In this document: positions 27,201 through 38,000 of the stretch, one piece after another
How the letters are laid out: every line of letters starts with the position of its first letter
How positions within the stretch are numbered: position 1 is the first letter of the stretch
Virus record (IMG/VR): IMGVR_UViG_3300045988_153198
Source of the DNA: a virus
DNA length: 64,000 nucleotides
Reading direction: 5' to 3' (one strand)
Notes under the pieces: generated by a model
Database searches by the model: none
The model's input: the letters and a program-made list of their open reading frames with translations, nothing else
What the model was told of the DNA's origin: nothing
Program-made: the position numbers and the translations under genes

Positions 27201-27851
27201 TGATTCCAAATCATAAACAGCAATAGTTCTTAATATATTTCCATTTTCATCTGAAGCAGAATCAAATACAAACAAACAACCAATTTCTTCAGCAATTTGT
27301 TGTAATGCATCATAAATAGAAACACCATCAAAAGAAAATGTTCTTTGTATATTTGCGATTGTAGAATCTACATGAGTTATTTTATAATGCGGTGCTTTCT
27401 CTAATATACGATGTAAAAGAGAAGCTTCGGGATTTTTCTCTCTATATAATACTGTAGGAATTTTATAATCATCTCTAGCAATATCATCTTCTGTATTGAT
27501 TTCAATTGTATATAGTTGTATTTGAGACAATTCTGCTTGTCCAAGTCGAGTGCAATATACGGTTTTTACTGTTTCATTCGATTCATCCAACTCAACTCTT
27601 AATTGAAACCATATATCTTGTTCTTGCCACCAAGCTAATCGGAAATCTTTTATCTTATTCCATAAATGATTCTTTTTCCCATTAAGATATTTATTTACAT
27701 TAAAAGTAATTTCTGCTGCGTCTTTCATAGAATCTTTAATAGAAATTCCAGATGCAACAATTAATCCTAATTTCTTTCCTGTTTTTGTTGCCAGAATAAG
27801 AGTTGGATTTTCAGGACGATTAGTGGTATCAAAACGTATTTTCATTCCCAT
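24240..27851 (-). CDS. tail-associated protein (Tal-like minor structural protein, 1203 aa)
   Basis: Lies directly after the Dit-like gene and downstream of the TMP. Contains a central zinc ribbon (CNQCGYRGEFTGSCPKCKS) and a long beta-rich C-terminus. Confidence 0.5.
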   Translation of the reverse strand: MGMKIRFDTTNRPENPTLILATKTGKKLGLIVASGISIKDSMKDAAEITFNVNKYLNGKKNHLWNKIKDFRLAWWQEQDIWFQLRVELDESNETVKTVYCTRLGQAELSQIQLYTIEINTEDDIARDDYKIPTVLYREKNPEASLLHRILEKAPHYKITHVDSTIANIQRTFSFDGVSIYDALQQIAEEIGCLFVFDSASDENGNILRTIAVYDLESNCNQCGYRGEFTGSCPKCKSTNINEGYGIDTSIFISSDECGADIQFTTDTDSVKNCFKLEAGDDLMTATIRNCNPNGTDYIWYFSDDVKEDMSDELLEKIESYNTLYQTYQSDYVASIDSSYISQYNTLVKKYQKYNSDLQEVSIPIKGYSALMTAYYDTVDMGGYLKSMLMPDSKMGDTTAAEQAKLLTVANISPVAVSDISNISVATADNVVLAMAKIVVDSRYRVKVNTSSLSSERWNQVWTGNFVVTNYSDEEDTAISDTVSIVVNDDYKTYVQQKIEKSLNKGNTEDVSISGVFKKEYNDFCSELKKYCLDTLNSFHDACQSCIDILIEQGVADSKTWSGKTPNLYSDLYTPYFNKLKAIEAEMSVRQKEIDSVLGVYDENSVLKTDGFQTLLLKEKNKIQDTLNFQKYLGENLWLEFCSFRRDDKYSNDNYVSDGLSNVELFKKALEFIEVANKEIYKSAELQHSISASLKNILTIEKFKPLRKHFEVGNWIRVQVDDTVYKLRLLEYEIDFDDFEKLSSVQFSDVTKIPSGITDIQDVLSKASSMATSYDSVKRQAAQGENSNNVLKSWFENGLDATNTKIVGGADNQTQTWDEHGMLFRRYNDITDSYDKTQLKIINSTLAITDDDWETTKTAIGNFYYNDPITGELKNAYGINAEVVIGRLLLGKELGIYNESGNLTFDNNGFQVTNGVDTVSINPNASSIFNIKNKDGNVLSFDKSGNLVVVGEITATKLTLLDDTEINAEHISGLSDVAFSGKYSDLEGTPSLDAYIKTDGTIGKTPSDGATGFSVSSIGLLQASNAIIYGELYSSKGKIANWDIGNGYLRYKDKNNLYSGIGSSGIAMAFYAGGSLADGSDAKFRVGHDGKLYSNGAVVMGEITATDFKVQDSIYFYVNSYGIDSYSKLMYLNLYDGAVGSHYFELVIGKESNTLLTESSASEFGSLRFGRVKIPSRLVIGRNKIDVEDKLDDLENRIKKLEGK

Positions 27852-27863
27852 AACTAATCCTCC

Positions 27864-28673
27864 TTAAAAACTCATTTTAACAACAGGCGAATATTTCAAC
27901 TTAATAGTACATGGAAGTGAGATAGTTAAATCATTTTTCTTATACTTGAATGTATTTGCAATACGAAAAAACACCCAGTTAAAATCATTCTCTAAATGAT
28001 GAGATGAGATAGAAGATGAGATTACTGGATAATCTAATTTGATAACCTCTCCAACAATGCAATTTTTAATTACCATTGTTCTATCCTCAATGGCATTATA
28101 AATACTCAACGTGCCAGCTTCATTTATTGTAATTTCTGTTTCTGGATAAATAAAACCTTCTTCATCTGATATATCATGAATAGTTTTCTTGCCATTTTTA
28201 ATCAGGTTTTTTACAATAATCTGTCTTGGTTCACGCAAAGCAAAAGGTCTATTGGTTGTTACTGCAAGTTCAAGTCCATATACTTTTCCATTTAGTTCAA
28301 TACGACTTACATTAAAACTTGCTTCAAAATATAAATCCAAATAATCACCATCAAGAAATTTGAGTTTATGAAATTCTTTTCTATTCAACCAACTCATTAA
28401 ATCTCTCAATTCTTTAAAAGGTATTTCCATATCATCTCCTAAACATGGATTTTTACAAATTTGAATAGTGGTTTCTAAACATTCGCCATATTCACTACTT
28501 GTTTGTTCATATTTAGAACCATTCAATGTAGAAGTTGTATTGAAGGTTATTTGTGAACCATTGGATACAGTTTGTGAACTTTCAGCATCAAACTGACAGA
28601 TTATATAACCCATATCACTTAAACACAAACCATCATATTCAAAATCATACGATTTCACACATATCACCTCCAA
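27864..28673 (-). CDS. distal tail protein (Dit-like, 269 aa)
   Basis: Synteny TMP - small ORF - this gene - Tal, with a size typical of siphovirus Dit. Confidence 0.45.
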   Translation of the reverse strand: MEVICVKSYDFEYDGLCLSDMGYIICQFDAESSQTVSNGSQITFNTTSTLNGSKYEQTSSEYGECLETTIQICKNPCLGDDMEIPFKELRDLMSWLNRKEFHKLKFLDGDYLDLYFEASFNVSRIELNGKVYGLELAVTTNRPFALREPRQIIVKNLIKNGKKTIHDISDEEGFIYPETEITINEAGTLSIYNAIEDRTMVIKNCIVGEVIKLDYPVISSSISSHHLENDFNWVFFRIANTFKYKKNDLTISLPCTIKLKYSPVVKMSF

Positions 28674-28681
28674 TTTAATTT

Positions 28682-28999
28682 TTATCTTAATAACAACCTA
28701 ATCAATCTCCACTTACCTTTAAAAACAGTTTGATTCATAACCATTTTCATTTGTCTCAAATCTTCGATTAAACGAGTGTATTCTTCTCGTCTTTCACTTA
28801 AATCATCAATTACCTCATATAATTCAGTTCGAATATCTGTAATAGAATCAATAAGTTCAGTACGTTTTTCACTGTCAATCTCCAATTCAGAAATAGAAGA
28901 TTTCAATTTCTCAATTTCATCAAGTTGTCGCAATACAATCTTTTTTTGTGTTTCATATTTTTTTTCATACCTGTTTGTTTTTCTTCGATTCTTCTTCAT
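28682..28999 (-). CDS. basic N-terminus/coiled-coil protein (105 aa)
   Basis: AAGGTGG RBS before ATG 28999 (MKKNRRKTNRY...). Confidence 0.45.
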   Translation of the reverse strand: MKKNRRKTNRYEKKYETQKKIVLRQLDEIEKLKSSISELEIDSEKRTELIDSITDIRTELYEVIDDLSERREEYTRLIEDLRQMKMVMNQTVFKGKWRLIRLLLR

Positions 29000-29069
29000 A
29001 TAAACCACCTTACAAAAATAGGGTTGCACACAATATAGTGGCAACCCATTTACAAAATACTATATATTG

Positions 29070-32000
29070 CTATCTTATTGCATTTCGTTTAGATAAAGAA
29101 CTTTTTCCAGCAACTCTATCAATAGTCATAGATAAAATCAGCTTTTCAAAATTCTTATCCTTTTGCATTTCACGTAAAAGTTGTTCGTAATTTTTGATAT
29201 TAGGGAAACTAAATACAACACTTTCCAAATTCTGATTATATACATTCTGAGAAGAACCATTGTTAGGTATATTTTGTGTAGCACCTAAATCAAGATTATC
29301 ACGAATAAAATCAGAAGGATTATTAGCCATATTCCAAATATTTCCACTTGCTTCATGATTCAAAACACTTCCCTTTTTGGCAATAGGAGTAAGAATAGCA
29401 CCATCAGACTTTCTAATAATGTATTCTTCCTTATTACCTTCCTGAGTCCATGCAAGTTCACTATTCGGCAAGTTTTTAACACCAGTTGCATATCCACTAA
29501 TCTGACTCAATTTCAACCAACCCAAGTCACCAGAGCCAAGTCTTTTACCTGTACTAATATGATATGGATATGGAGAACCCTTGTGTATTTTTGTAATGTA
29601 AACACTTCCTCCTCGATTGTGAGAACCATGTCTACCTCCACCATAAGAATCTTCATAATAGATACCACTATTGTACTTAACCTTATCACCAACTTCAGCT
29701 TTACCATTTCCAGAACCAGTTTTAGGTGTGGATGGCTTAGAAGGAGTAGATGGCTTAGAAGGAGTAGTGGATGGTTTAGATTGTGGTGAATTTGCAGCAG
29801 ATAAAGAAGCTGCTGATTGAGCTTTAGTATTAGCAAGTGTATTCAATTGTCCAATCATAGTAGCCAAATTGGTATTTATCATTCCAATCGCACTATTAAC
29901 AGTGGTTGCAGCAGATGAAATACCATTTTGAATATTTTGACCATAAGTTGTCAACACAGTTGTTATTTTAGTAGAATTTGTATCCCAAATGGTAGTCATA
30001 GACTCCGACAGGGTATAACCAACAGAATCAGCTTTCTCAGACAAAGTGGTACTAATTGTACCAGCATTAGTATTAATTTGTCCTATCATATCTGTGATTA
30101 ACGCATCCAGATTATCCAATCTTTGATTAAGAATAGTCTCATATTCATTATATAAATCATCCAATAATTGTTTCTGGTCAGAAATATATTTATCATACTG
30201 AGTATCTTCCAAATCACTCTTGGCATCCTCAAGAGAAACTTTTAATTTCTGAATTTTGGCTTTTGTTTCCTCGGAATCATCACCTTCATAAGCAGACATT
30301 TGTTTCTCAATAGAAGCTATTTCTTTTGTTTGTTCTGCAACCTTTTTCTGATAATCATACAAATCTTTTTGTCTATCCAAAGCATCTGTATATTTATCAA
30401 TCAATTCCTGTAAGGCATCTAATTCTAATTCAATACCTTCTTTTACCATATCTCGGATAGCTTCTTTTTCATCTTCAGCAGCAAGAATCATTTCCTGTTG
30501 CAATTCAAGAAGCTCCTGTCTACGTTGAGCGAGGTCTTGATTATATGGGTCTTTTGCAAGGTCTTTATCTATTTTCGCTATTTCTTGAGCATACTTATCA
30601 GCTTGAGCCATATACACATTGTAATTTACACCATGTAAACCCATAGTTGATTTCCCTTCATTCGTCAATTGTCCTTTATCATCATAAAGTTTATCATTCT
30701 CCATCAAATTGATTAAGAAATCTGCTTCGGTTGTGATATAGGAAATACGTTCTTGAAGAAGGTCAAATACTTGCCAATCAACTTCTCTGATAGATTTATT
30801 CAATTCAAGAACAGTTGTATTTGCCTGTTCAATAGATAAAGTAACTTCATCAATTTGATTTACCATTTCATACCATGCTTCAGAACCCTGTTTAATAGTT
30901 CCACTATTCACACCATTCTGAAGGGCGGTAAGTAAGTTGGCTTTTTCATTTTGAAGTTCTTTGATATTTTTCTTTTCCGCACTAATCTGTGCTTTATAAT
31001 AATTAGCACTTGTAATATATCCTTTTGCTTCTGATTGACTTATATACTCATCTAACATACTCTTTTCATGGTCAATAACACCAAGTATGCCTTCATATTT
31101 GGTTGCTACATTATCAAAAGCAGTTTTGTATAATTCTGCTTGTGTCTCTTTTAATTCCTCAATGGCATCTTTACAATCCAAAGCCTTTTCATACCATTCC
31201 TGATATTCCTTAATTTTATCTTGTAAGTTTTTATCTGAAATAGTATCAATATCAACTTTGCCTTCACGTACTTTTTTAGCCCAATCCGCAGATAATCCAA
31301 CAGATTTTGCCTGTTGAATATATCTATTGTAACCTTTTGACTGCAAATCTATTTCATTACCAATTTCAGAAATCTGACTTTTCAATGCAGAATTACGAGT
31401 ACCCCAAGATTTATATACGCTACTTGCCTTTAAATCTAAACGTGAAATAGCACGTTCCAATCTATCAATAGCAGTCTCAATCCAATCAAATGTTTCTTTA
31501 TCATCTTTTGAAGATGAAGAAGATGAACTACTTGATTTTCCACCCGAAGAACCACCGCCAGATTTGGAACTACCTCTACCACCACCACCAGATGTAGTAT
31601 GTTTAGTCTTTCCACCACTGGTAAATCTACCAGAACCACTTGAGAAAGCAGTACCTTCAGCTAAAGCTTTTCCTCTACCCGTACCATGAGTTATTTTTCC
31701 TTTTTCGAAAATTTCTTTTGTTTGGGCTGCATTAAAAATAATGTCACCTTTTTGATATTTAAAAAACTCAGCAGATTTATCACCAATTGTAAAGAATTTA
31801 CCATTCCTTACAACTAATTCCTGACCAAGTTCACCACCTAAAGCAACACCATTTTCTTTTGTACCCCAGTCACCTTGAGCAAAAGCAGTACCATTTGCAT
31901 GAGCTGTTCCATCTACACCAGCCACCTTTTTTGTGACAGTAGTAGCGGTAACAGTTTTGCTATATAATGAATCAATGGCAGACTTTAATGAACGAACCGC

Positions 32001-35000
32001 AGCAGTACCAAAAACATTTGCACCAACAGAAACCGTTTTGTTATATAAATTGTCAATTGCAGTTTTTAATGCTACAACTAAATTTGTGCCAACTACTTTT
32101 GCAGTAGAAGTAACAGTTTTATTATATAAACTATCTATAGATTTTTTCAGTGCATCTACACCATCTTTGCCGACAGGAGTAGCGGTGGCAGTTACATTTT
32201 TATTTGTTAAATTTGTTGTTGCTGTTTTTAAACCTTTGATAGAATCTTTGCCGACAGCAGTAGCGGTAATAGTCACATTCTTATCTTTGATACCATCAAT
32301 AGCTGATTTCAAATTATCAATAGCTTCGTTTCCAGAAGTTGTAACATTTACTTTTACATCTTGTCCGTTAATAGATGAAATTTCTGTCTCTGCCTGAGAA
32401 GTATCAGCAGATACAGGGATTTTTACATCTCCACTAGATATTTTTGATTTTATATCCTCAACACTATCATCTGCTTCAAGACCAATTTTTGTTTTTGTTT
32501 CTGCTGGCAAATCTTTAATTTTACCAGCAAGCTCATCAACCTTACCTTTAGCAGCTTCAATTTCAGATGTGTCAGCACCTTTAATTTGTAAAGCATTAAG
32601 ATTATTTACAGCATTTTGATATTCCTGTAATGTACCAAGAGAACCTTGTAATTCAGAATCTACTTGAGATACATCAATTGTCATAAATGCTGGTTGATTG
32701 ACCTTTGCCACCAAAACATCAATCTTTGCATAAGCATCATCCAACTGAGCAGTCTTTACCTCTACACTGGCATCACTGTCGTTGATTTCCTGAATTTTAC
32801 CTTTTGCCTTTTCAAGCTCTGCTTCTGCATCAGTAGCATTAACATCAATATCAACAGGTTCTTGTCCTAACTCTTTTAATTTACCTTCCGTTTCTTCGAT
32901 TTTGGATTTTAATTCATCTACAGATGTATACGCAGAATCAAGTTTAATATCAAAACCATAATCAGAAAGTTTTCGCATCAGAATTTGAACTTCTTCTGTT
33001 GACATTTGCAATCCTGTCATATCAGAAATTGCCTTCGCTATTTCTTCATCGTTACCAATGCCAAAATTAATATCCCATGAACCATCTGAGTTCATATGTG
33101 CCCATTCAGAATTTAAACTCTCAACATCCTTTAAGAAATTGATACATCCATCAGAACTATCTTGGAAATATTTCTGCATAGTAGGATAACCAGATTCATA
33201 TACAGAAATAAGTTTATCAATATTGGCAGTTGATAAATCTTCATTAGTCATCATCTGTACAGCACTTCTAAATGCATTTGTACCTACAAGACCATCATCA
33301 TACAGCTTTTTAATATCTTCCAAAGAACCAGTGATATTATCATACATATCACCCTCTTCACCAGCAGACTGAGCCATAACCCATTTATTATAAGCAGAAG
33401 TTAATCCTTCATATTGTGCTGCAAGTGTCTGAACATTCTCAATGTCAGCAAGAATATCATCTGTACTTCTTAATCCCTTATCAGACAAAGCTTTATTATA
33501 AGCTTCTGTACCCTTTGTAAGACCCTCAACAGCTTTTGCACTGTCATTATATTCTTGTTTTAAATCCTGTAATCTTTCCTGTATTCCTAATTTAGTAGTA
33601 GACTCATACTGTGACTGCAAAGCACGAAGGGCAGTAGTATTCAAATGAATACCATGCTCTGTACGTTCAAACAATACAGAAGGGTCATACCCTTTTAAAC
33701 CAGAAAACATTGCTTCAACATTTTTAATACCTTCTGTACTCAAACCTGTTCCAGAAACAGATTCTTTCATAGCATCGTATAAATTATTGAATTTTTCAAT
33801 TTCAGCATCTATATCAAAATTCCAACCGCTTGTATTACCAATTGCATTTAGCATCTCTCTGAGACTTTCTAATGCACTGGCAGCAGCAGTACCATCACCA
33901 CCAAGAGCCTTTATTTGACTATCAATTTCCTCATTTATACCCTGATTAGAAGTGTCAATCAAGGAAGCGATAGCAGCTCTTAATGAATCTATATCCCCTG
34001 TATGTCCAGCCAATTCAGGAAAATCTAAAGCAAGACTTACCTTTTCCGTATCAGTAAGTTCACCTGTATCTATTTTAGTCAGGGCATCCTTTAAAGATTG
34101 AACTTTATCCAAATAGTCATTTACTTTATCTGAAAAATTACCATCTTCAGTATTATTCATCACATCATAGAATGACTGTAATGATTCTTCTGAAGTTTTT
34201 CCAGCAGCAGACATATCTGAAAGTTCTTGTTTCCATTTAGATAATGTCCATAAAGTTGTATCGTCAGATTTTACACTTATTTCATATATTAATTGTTTAT
34301 CATCATCTGAAAGAGAATCAAACCAATCAGATATATCATTACTCTGAAATGTATTTTTTAAAGACTCTAATTGTTCTTTTGTAGCTTTCGTGGCATTTTC
34401 AGCACTATCTCCAACATCGTTAAAAAATTGAGATAATTCTGGAATGTCAGAAAGAGTATTGGTTATAGCATCATTGATTTGGTCTTGAGAACCAACAAAG
34501 TTTTGATTCTCTTTGGCAGCATCGACCATAGATTGTTTTAAAGCGTCAAATTGCTCTTTACTTTGAGGAACACCATCTGTCTTAACAATATCCATATATT
34601 GAAGTTGAGCTGCAACGTCATTGATTTTATCAACATAATCCAAAACATTTTTGTATTCATCTTCAAAATCACCAATCTTACCATTGATTGATTTATATAA
34701 ATCATTTTGTGCTAACTCTTCACGACTATAATCATCTCCGATACCTTCCTCAAGAGCTGTTCGCATATCTTTTAATTTTTCATATGCTTTCATAATTCCT
34801 TCAAGAGTAGAAGTATCGCCTATATCAATAGTTGTTCCTTGATAACCACCAAAATATGAAAAATTATCAGATGCTTTAAATCCAGCCTTTTCCAAAGCTT
34901 TAACATATGCATCTTCTTTGTAAGCACCATTTTGTTTGCTGAAGTCTATTGTACCAAAATCTTTTAAAATACCATCTTTTGTTTTATCTTTCAGCTCATC

Positions 35001-38000
35001 AATAGCTGCTTCATAACCAGAAGTAAGCTCGGACAATTTATCTTTTAAAGAATCCATAGTAACCTGATTAATTGCTTCATCAAGCCCACCATATTCTTCT
35101 TTAAGCTTTTGTATCTGAGACTCCTCAATACCTAAAGCAGAAAGTAATGAATCTGTGGCAGCTTCAAGACTCTCTTTTGAACCTGTATTTGATTCATAGG
35201 CAGCATTGGCAGAAGAGTATGCGTTATATAATTCAATAATATTAGAAGCAGAATCTTTAGCAGCATTTCCTGTTTCAAGAGCAGCATCTCTGGCTTCTTT
35301 TTCTGCATTAACCCATTTACTTATCATTGAAATAAGTCCAGAAATAGCCATAGAAATTCCCATTGTAATAGCCACATTTAATGCCATCGTTGCTGCCTGT
35401 AAAGCGATAGAAGCTGCCTTTGCACCAACTAATGATGTTACATAACCAGCAAGAGAACCCTTCGCACCATTCAAACCAGAAAGATATTTTGCCAAACCAG
35501 AATTTGACTGACCAACTGCTTTTAAGAAATCAGTTTGAGCTAAACCAGAATTTCTACACTGATTATTATAATCATTGATTAAAGCTTTCGCAGTAACCAA
35601 CGATTTAGACTGTGCTTTTGCAGTTACCGCAGCCATTTTCTGCTTTGTAGCAAATTCATCTGTTGATAACGAACTTGCTTCCATACTTGTAACATATTCA
35701 ACCGCAGATTGACTTGCGGTTAAAAGGCAATTCTTTAAAGCTTCTACAGGTGGAGTTCCACTTGCAACCGCAGCTTTAAAATTATTAATACAAGCAATAT
35801 CATTTTGTAACTGAGCATTAAACTCTGTTCCAAAAGAAAATGTAGAATTAGTTTTTAATGCAGCAAAAGCCTGTGAGAAAATATTAGTAATACGTAATCC
35901 AGAAGCAGAAGCTTCATCTTCAATTGTCTTAAAGATGCCGACATTTTTTACAGAAAGAGCAGCAGTAATCCCACCAATTAATGTAGGTAATACTTCAACT
36001 TTATTAATAACTGCATCAAGTCCACTCAGAAAAGAAGTTAATCCTTCCAAAGCACCAGACAGAAAATCGGATGATAAGAAACTATTTGATAACGCTTGCC
36101 AAGCAGCAGTTAAAGTATCCAGATGTCCTTTTAAACTCTGCATGTACTTTTCGTTCTCAGCAGAAGCAGTTCCTTCTGCATCTGTGGCAGCTTGCATAGC
36201 AGAACGTACCTGTTCCCAGTTATTTAACAAGGCAGCAACTTCAGAAGCTCTATTTTTACCAGCAATAGTTTCAAGCAAAGAAGCCTTGTCTGTATCACGC
36301 ATTTCTTTCCATTCTTCATAAATACCATCCATGATTTCATATGTAGATTTAAAATCACCATTGTCAGTCATAATATCTACATTTGATAAATCTTGGATAG
36401 TATCACGAAGTTTACCTGTGTTTGAAATCAAACCATCAGTATCTTCGCCTAATTCTTCAAGGTCTTTTGCTTCTGTACCTCTTAATCTCATGGATAAGAT
36501 TTTTAATGCACTACCAGCTTTGTCTGCATTTTGCGTTACTTCGGTAATACCTGTTGCCATAGCAGAAGTTTCCTGAATAGAGTTTCCAGCAACTTCCATA
36601 GCAGAAGCACATTTGGTTAATGCACTACCAACATCAGCAGCAGTAACAGCGTACTCATTACCAAGTTTGTCGAAAATATCTGCAACATATTCAATAGCTT
36701 TTGTAGAATCGCCATTAAACATATTCATTAATTGGTCTTGATAACCCTTATATGCAGTTACTAAGTTTTCTACAGCAGTAGCGTTATCCAAATCGGTAAC
36801 GTGTTGATACATAGCTGTAATTTCAGAAAGTCTTTCCGCATCACCAGCATTAAAACCAAGTCTTACCCAATCGGCAGTAGAAGTAATAATATCTGATAAT
36901 GTCGCACCGTATTCTTTTGCAGATGAAATCATCTGGTCATATAAAGCACTATATTGATTTGCACTTAAATCAGTAACACGATATAAACCAGTCATAGCGG
37001 TATCGACATCTACAACATTATCATACATAGAACGTAATCCTCGGATTGTCTGTGTAATCATCATTGTTGCAGAGAAATACGTTCCTAATTTAGATAACTG
37101 ATTTTTTAATCTATCACCAAATGTTAATGTAGCTTTTCCAGCCAATTCAGCTTGTCTAGTTATTTCTTGAAATTCAGCTTTAATACTACCAAAAGATGTA
37201 GCATCACAAGATTGTAACCGTACTTTCAATTGGTCAATTTGAGTACCAAATTGACTAGCAGCAGCAGAATTTTCTCTTAACCAAACATCCATTTGTGAAG
37301 AAAGAGCAGTCTTAGCAGATGCTAATTTCTCAGAATTTGCCAATTCTCTTTCTTTCTGAATCATAATATCCACTTGGTTAGTAGTAGATTTTAATGCAGT
37401 TTGATATTGTTGATATGAAGTTATTAAACCTTGCATATCCCCACTGGCTACAGCAGATTTCATATTACTCAAAGCCTGTCTTACTGCATCTATATCTGTA
37501 ATAACACTTTTTCCAGATGTACTTAACTTATTAAAATTAGTTTCAAGCGTAGTCAACTGTTTATCAAAAGAACCAGTGTTTACTTTTACCTGAATATCAC
37601 TAGCCAATTTTGCTTTTGTATCAGCTACTTTAGCATCTAATTGAGCAAGCTTGTCTCTGGTATCGTATATAATATTTCCAAGATTAGTTAATTGGGTAGG
37701 AGATAACTGACCTTGAAAAGAAGTGGCTAAATTCTGATAAGTTGATTGAAGAAGCTGTAATTGACTTTCCAATTCGGCAATTTCATTACTATGTCCTCCA
37801 ATACTTTTCAATCCACCAATTTTTAGTTCTATATTGCTGATTTGCTTTGAAACTGCAAGCAACTCTTTATAAGCAGCTTCTTGCGATTTAATAGCAGAAG
37901 TATCTGCCATTTTTGCATCTAAAGCAGTAATTTTATTATTGGTTGTTTCAAAAGCCCGATTCAAATTATCAAGTTGGTCAGTAGAAAAGCTTCTATTAAA

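Noticed and set aside
10841-36576. Plus-strand ORFs inside the long minus-strand genes (e.g. 10841..11161, 29355..29789, 31933..32397, 35935..36321, 36331..36576)
   Set aside because: These are shadow ORFs antisense to clearly coding fibre and TMP genes. They have low-complexity translations, no RBS, and mirror the repeat structure of the sense strand.
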